Positions 40,201 to 49,378 of a stretch of DNA of 64,000 bases are shown here, piece by piece. Source of the stretch: Ottowia testudinis (lineage in GTDB: Bacteria; Pseudomonadota; Gammaproteobacteria; Burkholderiales; Burkholderiaceae_C); NCBI RefSeq assembly GCF_017498525.1, contig NZ_CP071796.1, positions 4,098,041-4,162,040 on the forward strand. Reading direction: 5' to 3'. Below the pieces are notes generated by a model that was not told the origin of the DNA, made no database searches, and saw only the letters and a program-made list of their open reading frames with translations. The position numbers and the translations under genes are program-made. Every line of letters starts with the position of its first letter. Within the stretch, counting starts at the first letter, position 1.

Positions 40201-41634
40201 TCATGGCGCCGGCGCCTGCCAGCCGCCGCCCGCCGCCTTGTACAGTGCCACGCCCGCGGCCTGCTGCTCGTGCAGCAGCTGCGCCAGCGCGGTCTCGGCG
40301 CCCAGCAGATTGCGGCGCGCTTCTTCCAGCTGCGGCAGGTTGGCCATGCCCTGGCGGTACAGCGCCTCGGTGGCGGCGAACTGCTGGCGGTAGCCGGCCA
40401 CGGCGGCGCGGGCGTCGGCCTCGCGCCCGCGCGCGGCGGCGCCTTGCGTGAGGGCGGTTTCCACCTCTTGCACGGCCTGGCGCACCTTGCCCTGGTAGTT
40501 GGCCACGGCTTCGTCGTAGCGCGCCCGCGCCGCCGCCTGGCCCGCCGCGATGCGGCCGCCGTCGAAGATCGGCAGGCTGAGTTGCAGCGGCCCGAACTGC
40601 CAGGTGGAAAAGTCGCGCGTGCCGCCGCCGGCGCGCAGTTGCAGCGCGCCGATGTTGCCGGCCAGGCTCAAGCCCGGCCAGCGCGCGGCATCGGCCGACG
40701 CCAGCTCGGCCCGCGCGGCCAGCACCTCGCGCTCGGCGGCCCACACGTCGGGGCGCTGGCGCAGGGTGTCGGCGGGCAGAGTTGCTATTGAAAATAGAGC
40801 TGATTGCGATGAATTGGCGCGGGCAAGCGCCATTTTTTGCTCGATATCCGGCTCGGGCAGCCCGGTCAACGCCACCAGCGCCTTGCGCTGCGCATCGCAC
40901 GTGGCCTGCTGCTGCGTGGTGCGCGCGCGGCCGTCGGCGGCGCTGGCGTCGGCCAGTGCGGCGGTGGCGGGCGCGGTGAAGCCGGCGTCGCGGCTGATGC
41001 GCGCCAGGCGCGCGGTCTCGCCGCGCGAAGCGGCGTCTTGGCGCGCGGTCTCCAGCAGCGACTGGCACAGCCGCAGGCCGTGGTAGCTGCTGGCCACGTC
41101 GCCCACCAGCGCCACGCGCGCCAGGTGCGCCAGCGCCTGGGCGCCCTCGGCGCGCGCCGTGGCGGCGCCGACCAGCGCGCGCTGGCGGCCGAACAGATCA
41201 ATTTCCCAGCTCGCCTGCACGCCGGCTTGCAGCGTGGTGGCGATCGGCGGATCGCTGCCCGGCGGCGTGCTGCCCACGCTGCCCGCGTTGCCGCGCGTGG
41301 CGCTGGCGGCGGCGCCCAGCTGCGGCAGCAGGCCGGCGCGCTGGCTGCCCACCTGCGCGCGCGCCTGCGCCACGCGCGCTTCGGCCGCGGCCAGGCTCGG
41401 GCTGCCTTGCAAGGCGGCGTCGATCAATTCGGTGAGCGTGGCGTCGCCGCCCGCGCGCCACCAGCCGGCCAGCGCAACGGCGCTGCCGGCATGCGGCAGC
41501 GGGGCGATCCAGGCGGGCGGCGCGATGTGTTCCAGCGGCGGCGCGGCGGGCGGCGGCGTGGCGCAGCCGGCCAAGGCGAGCAGCGTCGCGGCGCCGAACA
41601 GCGCGCGGCAGCGGAGAGCAAAAAACGATCTCAT
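40201..41634 (-). CDS. Efflux outer-membrane factor lipoprotein (OprM/NodT family)
   Basis: Lipobox LLALAGC. Two TolC-like repeats. Gene order OMF-MFP-RND. Confidence 0.9.
   Translation of the reverse strand: MRSFFALRCRALFGAATLLALAGCATPPPAAPPLEHIAPPAWIAPLPHAGSAVALAGWWRAGGDATLTELIDAALQGSPSLAAAEARVAQARAQVGSQRAGLLPQLGAAASATRGNAGSVGSTPPGSDPPIATTLQAGVQASWEIDLFGRQRALVGAATARAEGAQALAHLARVALVGDVASSYHGLRLCQSLLETARQDAASRGETARLARISRDAGFTAPATAALADASAADGRARTTQQQATCDAQRKALVALTGLPEPDIEQKMALARANSSQSALFSIATLPADTLRQRPDVWAAEREVLAARAELASADAARWPGLSLAGNIGALQLRAGGGTRDFSTWQFGPLQLSLPIFDGGRIAAGQAAARARYDEAVANYQGKVRQAVQEVETALTQGAAARGREADARAAVAGYRQQFAATEALYRQGMANLPQLEEARRNLLGAETALAQLLHEQQAAGVALYKAAGGGWQAPAP
40786..40840. 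repeat. Possible intragenic, in-frame family A-like copy inside the OMF gene
   Basis: A low-GC patch GGCGCTTGCCCGCGCCAATTCATCGCAATCAGCTCTATTTTCAATAGCAAC encodes ..MALARANSSQSALFSIAT.. in frame. It resembles GCGCTTG-n-CAAGCGC...ATAGCAATCA. Confidence 0.35.
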
Positions 41635-41780
41635 GCGATGCTTCAAAAACCTGGGTGCGCGCGAATGTTGCATTGCACCACAGCTGCATGGCATCACTGC
41701 GAGAACCCGCACTGTGCTTATGGTGCCAAGGCGTCGCCACAGGCCAAGCCGCGACGAACCGAAAAATACAAGGATTTAAG

Positions 41781-41828
41781 GCCCTTGTCCACGTCAGGCA
41801 AGCGCAAGCAGCTATCGAAAACGAAGTG
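41781..41828. repeat. Family A repeat (GGCCCTTGTCCACGTCAGGCAAGCGCAAGCAGCTATCGAAAACGAAGTG)
   Basis: Same right-arm subtype as the 30106 and 30874 copies. Confidence 0.65.
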
Positions 41829-41872
41829 CCGGACAAAATGGCGGCGGCACCAGCCAATGCCTTCTCAGCGTG

Positions 41873-41980
41873 ATCCGAAGGCCGCGGAGCAGGCCACACC
41901 GGAACGCCGTGGTCGGGGTTCCCCCGACCACCAGCGTTGTCCCCCTCAGGGGGAAGGCGCGTCAGCGCCACAGGGGGAGT
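41873..41980 (+). repeat. Family B multi-hairpin repeat, copy B2, abutting tRNA-Arg
   Basis: GATCCGAAGGCCGCGGAGCAGGCCACACCGGAACGCCGTGGTCGGGGTTCCCCCGACCACCAGCGTTGTCCCCCTCAGGGGGAAGGCGCGTCAGCGCCACAGGGGGAG. Relative to B1 the central stem carries compensatory C-G to T-A changes. Confidence 0.8.
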
Positions 41981-41986
41981 GTTGTT

Positions 41987-42062
41987 TGGCGCGGCTGGCG
42001 GGGATCGAACCCACGACCCTCGGCTTCGGAGGCCGATACTCTATCCACTGAGCTACAGCCGC
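41987..42062 (-). tRNA. tRNA-Arg (anticodon CCG), CCA encoded
   Basis: Cloverleaf folded by hand: acceptor GCGGCTG/CAGCCGC, D-arm GCTC-AGTGGATA-GAGT, anticodon stem TCGGC/GCCGA with loop CTCCGAA (anticodon CCG), T-arm GTGGG-TTCGATC-CCCGC, then 3' GCCA. Confidence 0.9.
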
Positions 42063-42097
42063 TTGTCGGACAAGGCCGCGATTATCCCCGATTGCGC

Positions 42098-42283
42098 AAA
42101 CAGCAACAGCCGGACGCGAAGGGCGAAAAAGTTACGCGAAGAACGCGAAAGATTCAAAAAGGTTTTGTTCGGGGAGTGAAGTAGCGCCCGTGCGGGCTCA
42201 TCGATCACGGGCACGCACTGCAAATTTTGTCTTTTTTGCGTCGTTCGCGAATCCTTCGCGCCCTTCGCTTCGGGCTGTTGGAG
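42098..42283. repeat. Family C MITE-like element, copy C3
   Basis: Left arm CAACAGCCGGACGCGAAGGGCGAAAAAGTTACGCGAAGAACGCGAAAG; right arm is the reverse complement of CAACAGCCCGAAGCGAAGGGCGCGAAGGATTCGCGAACGACGCAAAAAAG. There is a central GC hairpin. Confidence 0.7.
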
Positions 42284-42296
42284 GTTGAGCACAGCG

Positions 42297-42974
42297 TTAT
42301 CCGCCGACCTCACCGACGCCGCCACACATCACCTGGAACGCTTCCGCATCCGGCATGCACTGCGCCGGCAGCCCGATGCCGCACAAATACGCCGCCATGG
42401 CAACGCGGGCGGTGGCTTCCAGATCGAAGCCGCGCTGCAGCAGCCAGCCGTACACCAGCCCGCGCACCATGGCGTGAAAGCCATCGGCCAGCTGCCGCGC
42501 CGGCGCGGGCAGCGGCTGGCCGCGCAGGGCGCTGGCGCGCTCGAAGGCGTGCGTCACGCGCTCCACGTTGGCGTTGTCAACCTGCACGTGGCGCTCGCGC
42601 ACGGGGCCCAGGTCTTCGACCAGCTCGACCATCACGGTGGCGATGTTCAACACGCGCTGGGTGCGCGCGTCGCCCGCGATCTGCGCCAGCGAGCGGGCGA
42701 TGCGCAGCACCAGCGCGTCGACCGGGTCGCCGGCGCACTGGGCCAGACCCTCCAGCTCGGTTTCCAGCGGCAGGGTCACGCGCTCCATCATGGCGTTGAA
42801 CAGGTCGGCCTTGTCCTTGAAATGCCAGTACACCGCGCCGCGCGTTAGCCCCGCCGCCTCGGCGATGTGGTTGAGCGAGGTGCGCGACACACCGCGCTGC
42901 TCGAACACGCGCTCGGCGGCGTCGAGCAGCGCTTCGCGCGTGGCCTGGGCGTCTTGCTTGGTGCGGCGCGCCAT
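42297..42974 (-). CDS. TetR/AcrR-family transcriptional repressor, divergent from the second RND operon
   Basis: Helix-turn-helix TREALLDAAERVFEQRGVSRTSLNHIAEAAGLTRGAVYWHFKDK. Confidence 0.9.
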   Translation of the reverse strand: MARRTKQDAQATREALLDAAERVFEQRGVSRTSLNHIAEAAGLTRGAVYWHFKDKADLFNAMMERVTLPLETELEGLAQCAGDPVDALVLRIARSLAQIAGDARTQRVLNIATVMVELVEDLGPVRERHVQVDNANVERVTHAFERASALRGQPLPAPARQLADGFHAMVRGLVYGWLLQRGFDLEATARVAMAAYLCGIGLPAQCMPDAEAFQVMCGGVGEVGG

Positions 42975-43176
42975 GGCGTCAGAAGATGAAAAAGTACCTG
43001 GACATGACGTGGACTCTACCACATACATTCAAGCATGTATGTATAATCGCGCCTTTTCGGTCAAGCGCCGGACGCCGGGTTTGACTACGATCAAACCTCC
43101 GTGGCGGCGCATTCGGCCTGTTTTTTTGCACGCACCGGCGCCCCAACGCACCCGCCTGCCCTACCCGAGATCACGC

Positions 43177-44475
43177 ATGTCCCAGCTTGCCATGCGCCCC
43201 CCGATGGCGCCCCGTCTTCTTCCCCTTGGCGCGGCACTGCTGCTGGCCGCGTCGCTGGCGGCCTGCGGCGACAAGAAACCCGCCGGCGCGCCGCCCGGCC
43301 CCGGCGGGGGCATGCCGCCGCCCGAGGTGGCGGTGCTCACCGTGCAGCCCGGCACCGTCAATCTGACGACCGAGCTGCCCGGCCGGCTGGAGCCGTCGCG
43401 CGTGGCGCAGGTGCGCGCGCGTGCCACCGGCATCCTGAACAAGCGCGTGTTCACCGAAGGCAGCGACGTGCGCGCCGGGCAGGTGCTGTACCAGATCGAC
43501 TCTGCCCCCTACCAGGCCACGCAACAAAGCGCGCAGGCGCAGCTGGCGCAGGCGCAGGCGCAGCTGGCCAACGCCAGCGCCATGGTCACGCGCTACCGCC
43601 CGCTGGTGGCCGCCAACGCGGTGAGCAAGCAGGAGTTCGACGCCGCCGTGGCCGCCGAGAAAGCCGCGCAGGCGCAGGTGGCCGCCGGCCGCGCCGCCGT
43701 GCGCACGGCCAGCATCAGCCTGGGCTACGCCACGGTGACGGCGCCGATCGCCGGGCGCATCGGCCGATCGCTGGTGACCGAGGGCGCCTTGGTCAGCGCG
43801 CAAGAGGGCACGCAGCTGGCCACCATTCAGCAGATCAACCCGCTGTACCTCAACATCACCCAATCCGCGGCCGAGGTGCTGAAGCTGCGCGAGGCGCTGC
43901 AAGCCGGCCAGCTGGCGCGCGCCGGCGGCGGCGAGGCGGCCAAGGTGCAGGTGCTGCTCGAAAACGGCCAGGTCTACGGCCAGCCGGCGCGCCTGCTGTT
44001 CACCGACTTGAGCGTTGACCCGGCCACCGGCCAGGTCAGCCTGCGCGCCGAGGTGCCCAACCCCGGCGGCCTGCTGATGCCCGGCATGTACGTGCGCGCC
44101 CGCGTCGAGCAGGCCGAGGTGAGCAACGCCATCCTGCTGCCGCAGCAGGCGGTGACGCGCGGCACCAAGGGCGACAGCGTGATGGTGGTGGCGCCCGATG
44201 GCGCCGTGGCGCCGCGCCCCATCAAGATTGGCGGGCAGCGCGGCAACCAGTGGATCGTGACGGAGGGTCTGAAGCCCGGCGAGCAGGTGATGGTGGAAGG
44301 CGCCATGAAGCTGATGATGGGCGCCAAGGTGGTGAAAGCTGTACCTTGGGAACCAAACAAGGCCTCAGCGCCCGCCAATCAAGCGTCAGCAGCTCCTAAA
44401 AACGGAGCGTCCAGCGCGGCACCGGCAGCACCTGCCAGCGCACCCGCTGCCCCCGCCTCGGCGGCCTCGCGCTGA
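43177..44475 (+). CDS. RND efflux periplasmic adaptor (AcrA/MexA-like) lipoprotein
   Basis: Lipobox LAACGD. Ala-rich C-terminal tail. Confidence 0.9.
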   Translation: MSQLAMRPPMAPRLLPLGAALLLAASLAACGDKKPAGAPPGPGGGMPPPEVAVLTVQPGTVNLTTELPGRLEPSRVAQVRARATGILNKRVFTEGSDVRAGQVLYQIDSAPYQATQQSAQAQLAQAQAQLANASAMVTRYRPLVAANAVSKQEFDAAVAAEKAAQAQVAAGRAAVRTASISLGYATVTAPIAGRIGRSLVTEGALVSAQEGTQLATIQQINPLYLNITQSAAEVLKLREALQAGQLARAGGGEAAKVQVLLENGQVYGQPARLLFTDLSVDPATGQVSLRAEVPNPGGLLMPGMYVRARVEQAEVSNAILLPQQAVTRGTKGDSVMVVAPDGAVAPRPIKIGGQRGNQWIVTEGLKPGEQVMVEGAMKLMMGAKVVKAVPWEPNKASAPANQASAAPKNGASSAAPAAPASAPAAPASAASR

Positions 44476-44495
44476 CGCCTGACGAGAGCTGACGC

Positions 44496-47400
44496 ATGGC
44501 CAAGTTCTTCATCGACCGCCCCATCTTCGCGTGGGTCATCGCCCTGTTCCTGACGGTGCTGGGCGCCATCTCCATCACGCAGCTGCCGGTGGCGCAGTAC
44601 CCGAGCGTGGCGCCGCCGACCATCGTGCTGTCGGCCACCTACCCCGGCGCCTCGGCGCAGACGCTGGAAGATGCCGTCCTCTCGGTCATCGAGCGCGAGA
44701 TGAACGGCTCGCCCGGTCTCGCTTACATGGAGTCGGTGGCGCAAGCCAACGGCACCGGCAGCATCACCCTCAGCTTCGAGCCGGGCACCAACGCCGACTT
44801 GGCGCAGGTGGACGTGCAAAACCGCCTGTCGCGCGCCAGCCCGCGGCTGCCGACCACGGTGGTGCAGCAGGGGGTGCGGGTGGACAAATCGCGCAGCAAC
44901 TTCCTGCTGTTCGCGGTGCTGTCGTCGTCCGACCCGAATTTCGACATCACCGCGCTGTCCGACTACGCCTCGCGCAACGTGCTGCCTGAATTGCAGCGCC
45001 TGCCCGGCATCGGCCAGGTGCAGCTGTTCGGCGCCGAGCGCGCCATGCGCGTGTGGATCGACCCGGCCAAGCTGCAAAGCTACAGCCTGTCGCCCGCCGA
45101 CGTGGCCAGCGCCATCGCGCAGCAGAACGCGCAGGTGTCGGCCGGCAGCCTGGGCGATTTGCCGCTGGCGGGCGGCCAGGCCATGAGCGCCACCGTGGTG
45201 GTGCCGGGCCAGATCAGCACGGTGGAGCAGTTCGGCGCCATCACGCTGCGCGCCAATGCCGACGGCAGCACGGTGCGCCTGAAAGACGTGGCCCGACTGG
45301 AGCTGGGCGCCCAGAGCTACGCCACCGCCGCGCGCCTGAACGGCCAGCCGGCCGCCGGCATGGGCGTGCAACTGTCATCTTCAGGCAACGCGCTGGCCGC
45401 GGCCAAGGCGGTGCGCGCGCGCATGACCGAGCTGGAGCGGTTTTTTCCGCCCGGCGTGACCTGGAAGATTCCCTACGACTCGTCGGACTTCGTGCGCATT
45501 TCCATCACCGAAGTGGTCAAGACGCTGCTGGAGGCGATTGCGCTGGTGTTTCTGGTGATGTTCCTGTTCCTGCAGAACTGGCGCTACACCGTCATCCCGA
45601 CCGTGGTGGTGCCGGTGGCGCTGCTGGGCACGTTTGCCGCGCTGCTGGCGTTCGGCATGTCGATCAACGTGCTGACCATGTTCGGCATGGTGCTGGTGAT
45701 CGGCATCGTGGTGGACGACGCCATCGTGGTGGTCGAGAACGTCGAACGCATCATGAGCGAGGAAGGCCTGCCGCCGCTGGCCGCCACGCGCAAGGCCATG
45801 GGCCAGATCTCGGGCGCCATCATCGGCGTGACGGTGGTGCTGATCTCGGTGTTCGTGCCGCTGGCGTTCTTTGCCGGCTCGGTGGGCAACATCTACCGCC
45901 AGTTCTCGGCGGTGATGGCGGTGTCGATCTTCTTCTCGGCCTTCATGGCGCTGTCGCTCACGCCGGCGCTGTGCGCCACGCTGCTGAAACCCGTGGAGAA
46001 AGGCCACCACGTCGAAAAGCGCGGCTTCTTCGGTTGGTTCAACCGGCGCTTTCAGCGCACCGCCAAGGGCTATGAAGGCATCGTCGCCCGGCTGGTGCGC
46101 CGCGCGGGTCGGCTGATGATCGTCTACCTGGCGCTGGCGCTGGTGGTGGGCTGGCTGTACATGCGGCTGCCGACTTCGTTCCTGCCGCAGGAAGACCAGG
46201 GCAACATCCTGGTCAACATGCAGCTGCCGCCCGGCGCCACGCTGGAGCGCACGCAAAAGGTGGTCGAGCAGGTCGAGGGCTACCTGCTCCAGCAGCCCGA
46301 GGTGGCCAACATGGTGGCGGTGATGGGCTTCTCGTTCTCGGGCCAGGGGCAGAACGCGGCGCTCTCCTTCGTGTCGCTCAAACCGTGGGACGAACGCAAG
46401 GGCCCCGAGCACGCGGCCGGCGCCATCGCAGGCCGCGCCATGGGCGCGCTGTCGGGCGTCAAGGATGCGTTCATCTTTCCTCTGAGCCCGCCGCCGATCC
46501 CCGAGCTGGGCGTCAGCTCGGGCTTTACCTTCCGCCTGCAAGACCGCGCCGGCAAGGGCCACGAGGCGCTGATCGCCGCGCGCAACCAGATGCTGGGCAT
46601 GGCGATGCAAAGCAAGGTGCTGGCCGGCGTGCGGCCCGACGGGCTGGAAGACGCGCCGCAGCTGCAAGTGGACATTGACCGCGACAAGGCCGCCGCGCAG
46701 GGCGTGACGTTTGCCGCCATCAACAACGCCATCTCGGCGTCGCTGGGTTCGGCCTACGTCAACGACTTCCCGAACCAGGGGCGCTTGCAGCGCGTGATCA
46801 TCCAGGCCGATGCGCCGGCGCGCATGCAGCCCGAGGACATCCTGCGCCTCACGGCGCTCAACAGCAAGGGCCAGGCGGTGCCGCTGTCGGCCTTTGCCAG
46901 CACGCGTTGGATTACTGGCGCCATGCAGACCGTGCGCTACAACGGCTACCCGGCGATCCGCATCGCCGGCGGCGCGGCGCCCGGTTTTTCGACCGGCGAC
47001 GCCATGCGCGAGATGGAGCAACTGGCCGCCAAGCTGCCCGAAGGCTTCGGCTACGAATGGACGGGGCAGTCGCGCGAGGAAAAGCTGGCCGGCAACCAGG
47101 CGCTGATCCTGTACGGCTTTGCCATCCTGGCGGTGTTTCTGGCGCTGGCGGCCTTGTATGAAAGCTGGTCGATTCCGTTCGCCGTGATTCTGGTGGTGCC
47201 GCTGGGCGTGCTGGGCGTGCTGCTGGCCGTCACCGGGCGCGGGCTGCTGAACGACGTGTACTTCCAGGTCGGCCTGATCACCATCATCGGCCTATCGGCC
47301 AAGAACGCCATCCTGATCATCGAATTCGCCAAGGACTTGCAGGCGCAGGGCATGAGCGTGTTGGCCTCTGCGCTGGCGGCGGCGCATCTGCGCTTCAGGC

Positions 47401-47678
47401 CGATCATCATGACCTCGATGGCCTTCATCCTGGGCGTGCTGCCGCTGGCGATTGCCAGCGGCGCCGGCTCGGCGGCGCAGCGCGCCATCGGCACCGGAGT
47501 GATGGGCGGCATGATCGTCGGCACCTTCCTCGCCGTGTTCTTCGTGCCGCTGTTCTTCGTGGTGGTGCGCAGCCTGTTCAAGGGCTCGGCCCGCCAGCAG
47601 GAGCACGCCGCCGCACATGCGCGCGATGCCGGCGTCAGCGCCGACGCCACCCCCTCGAACCCGAAAGACCACCCATGA
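44496..47678 (+). CDS. RND multidrug efflux permease (AcrB/MexB-like, HAE1)
   Basis: MAKFFIDRPIFAWVIALFLTVLGAISITQLPVAQYPSVAPPTI...; 1060 aa. Confidence 0.95.
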   Translation: MAKFFIDRPIFAWVIALFLTVLGAISITQLPVAQYPSVAPPTIVLSATYPGASAQTLEDAVLSVIEREMNGSPGLAYMESVAQANGTGSITLSFEPGTNADLAQVDVQNRLSRASPRLPTTVVQQGVRVDKSRSNFLLFAVLSSSDPNFDITALSDYASRNVLPELQRLPGIGQVQLFGAERAMRVWIDPAKLQSYSLSPADVASAIAQQNAQVSAGSLGDLPLAGGQAMSATVVVPGQISTVEQFGAITLRANADGSTVRLKDVARLELGAQSYATAARLNGQPAAGMGVQLSSSGNALAAAKAVRARMTELERFFPPGVTWKIPYDSSDFVRISITEVVKTLLEAIALVFLVMFLFLQNWRYTVIPTVVVPVALLGTFAALLAFGMSINVLTMFGMVLVIGIVVDDAIVVVENVERIMSEEGLPPLAATRKAMGQISGAIIGVTVVLISVFVPLAFFAGSVGNIYRQFSAVMAVSIFFSAFMALSLTPALCATLLKPVEKGHHVEKRGFFGWFNRRFQRTAKGYEGIVARLVRRAGRLMIVYLALALVVGWLYMRLPTSFLPQEDQGNILVNMQLPPGATLERTQKVVEQVEGYLLQQPEVANMVAVMGFSFSGQGQNAALSFVSLKPWDERKGPEHAAGAIAGRAMGALSGVKDAFIFPLSPPPIPELGVSSGFTFRLQDRAGKGHEALIAARNQMLGMAMQSKVLAGVRPDGLEDAPQLQVDIDRDKAAAQGVTFAAINNAISASLGSAYVNDFPNQGRLQRVIIQADAPARMQPEDILRLTALNSKGQAVPLSAFASTRWITGAMQTVRYNGYPAIRIAGGAAPGFSTGDAMREMEQLAAKLPEGFGYEWTGQSREEKLAGNQALILYGFAILAVFLALAALYESWSIPFAVILVVPLGVLGVLLAVTGRGLLNDVYFQVGLITIIGLSAKNAILIIEFAKDLQAQGMSVLASALAAAHLRFRPIIMTSMAFILGVLPLAIASGAGSAAQRAIGTGVMGGMIVGTFLAVFFVPLFFVVVRSLFKGSARQQEHAAAHARDAGVSADATPSNPKDHP

Positions 47679-49207
47679 AGCCCGCACCCCTGGTTTCTTC
47701 CGCCGCGGCACTGCCACGCCTGATTGGCACCGCCGCGCTCGCCAGTCTGCTGGCGGCCTGTTCCTTCGTGCCCAAATACGAGCAGCCGGCCGCGCCCGTC
47801 AGCGCCACCTGGCCCGACTCGGCCGGCGCGCTGACCGAAGGCGGCACCGCCGCCGCCGATCTGCCCTGGCAGCAGTTCGTGCACGATGCGCAGCTGCGCG
47901 AGGTCATCCAGCTGGCGCTGGAGAACAACCGCGACCTGCGCGTGGCGGCGCAGAACATCGAGCAGGCGCGCGCGCAGTACCAGATTCGCCGCGCGGATCA
48001 GTTCCCCACCGTGGGCGCCAACGCGGCGGCCTCGCGCTCGGCGCCCAACGCCATGGCGGCGCTGGGCGGTCCCAGCGTGGCCAGCAACTACAGCGTCGGC
48101 ATCGGCGTGTCGGCGTGGGAGCTGGACTTTTTCGGCCGCGTGGCCGCGCTGAAAGACGTCGCGCTGGCGCAATACCTGGCGACCGAAGAGGCGCGCAAGT
48201 CGGCGCAGATCAGCCTGATCGCCAGCGTGGCCAGCACCTGGCTGCAATTCAAGACCGACACCGAGCTGCTGGCGCTGGCCGAGCGCACGCTGGGCACACG
48301 CGACCAATCGCTGCGCCTGACCAAGCTGCGCTTTGACCACGGCGCGTCGTCGGCGCTCGACATGCGCCTGGCCGAATCGCTGTCGGCCAGCGCGCAGGCC
48401 ACGCGCGCCCAGCAGCAGCGCCTGCGCGCACAGGACATCAACCTGCTGACGCTGCTGGTCGGCCAGCCGATCCCCGAGCGCCTGATCCCGCCCGTGCCCG
48501 CCGCCGTCACGCCCGAGCCGCCCCGCGACTTGACGCAGCCCACACCGGCGGTGCAGCCAGCGGCCGATCTGCCCACCTTCACTGAAGTGCCGGCGGGATT
48601 GCCGTCAGACCTGATGCTGCGCCGGCCCGACATCCGCGCCGCCGAGCAGCAGCTGATCGCCGCCAACGCCAACATCGGCGCGGCGCGCGCCAACTTCTTC
48701 CCGCGCATTTCGCTCACCGGCTCGCTCGGCCGCGTGAGCGCCGACCTGGACGGGCTGTTCGGCTCCGGCGGACACCAGGCCTGGTCGTTCGGCCCCAGCA
48801 TCACGCTGCCGATCTTCGACATGGGCCGCAACCAGGCCAACCTGGACGCCGCTCGCGCCGCGCGCGAAATCGCCGTGGCGCAGTACGAAAAAGCCATCCA
48901 GACCGCCTTCCGCGAAGTGGCCGACGCCCTGGCCGGCCGCGCCACGCTGGCCGATCAGCTCACCGCGCTGCAAGCGCAGGCCGCGGCCGAACGCGACCGC
49001 TTCCGCCTGGCCGACCTGCGCTACCGCAACGGCATCGCCAACTACCTGGACTTGCTGGACGCGCAGCGCTCGCTGTTCGCCATCGAACAGGCGCTGGCGC
49101 AGGTGCGCCTGGCGCAGCGCGTGGGCGAGGTGCAGCTGTACAAGGCGCTGGGGGGCGGCTGGACCGGCTTTCAGGCGCCGGTGGCAACCCCCGGCACCGC
49201 AGGCTGA
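47675..49207 (+). CDS. Efflux outer-membrane factor lipoprotein (OprM-like)
   Basis: Lipobox LLAACS. ATGA overlap with the RND gene. Confidence 0.9.
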   Translation: MKPAPLVSSAAALPRLIGTAALASLLAACSFVPKYEQPAAPVSATWPDSAGALTEGGTAAADLPWQQFVHDAQLREVIQLALENNRDLRVAAQNIEQARAQYQIRRADQFPTVGANAAASRSAPNAMAALGGPSVASNYSVGIGVSAWELDFFGRVAALKDVALAQYLATEEARKSAQISLIASVASTWLQFKTDTELLALAERTLGTRDQSLRLTKLRFDHGASSALDMRLAESLSASAQATRAQQQRLRAQDINLLTLLVGQPIPERLIPPVPAAVTPEPPRDLTQPTPAVQPAADLPTFTEVPAGLPSDLMLRRPDIRAAEQQLIAANANIGAARANFFPRISLTGSLGRVSADLDGLFGSGGHQAWSFGPSITLPIFDMGRNQANLDAARAAREIAVAQYEKAIQTAFREVADALAGRATLADQLTALQAQAAAERDRFRLADLRYRNGIANYLDLLDAQRSLFAIEQALAQVRLAQRVGEVQLYKALGGGWTGFQAPVATPGTAG

Positions 49208-49249
49208 GCAAGTCACCGGCCCGGGCGCGGCTGCCCGCTGAGCCCATCC

Positions 49250-49325
49250 GCGCCAGCGCCGTGGCGCACGGGCGGCCCCCTATAATCGCCGGTTGATGCG
49301 CGTGCGCCACGGCGCTGGCTGGCGC
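49250..49325. promoter_or_regulatory. About 20-bp-stem palindrome with CCCTATAAT in the loop, between the OprM-like gene and the cytochrome c gene
   Basis: CGCCAGCGCCGTGGCGCACG ...TATAAT... CGTGCGCCACGGCGCTGG. Possibly a terminator for the efflux operon and/or a regulated promoter for the cytochrome c gene. Confidence 0.35.
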
Positions 49326-49378
49326 ACTGCCTTCCTCTCTCCCCGAAAAAATCACCCGACCGAGCCCCCGAGGACGCC

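Noticed and set aside
41781-42283. Genomic island, prophage or integrative element at the tRNA-Arg gene
   Set aside because: There is no integrase, recombinase, phage or transfer gene nearby, and flanking genes are chromosomal-type efflux operons. Only small non-coding repeats are present.
42568-44475. 635-aa ORF apparently fusing the TetR-upstream region with the MFP gene
   Set aside because: The first about 200 codons are antisense to the TetR gene. The genuine MFP starts at ATG 43177 with a lipoprotein signal (LAACGD).
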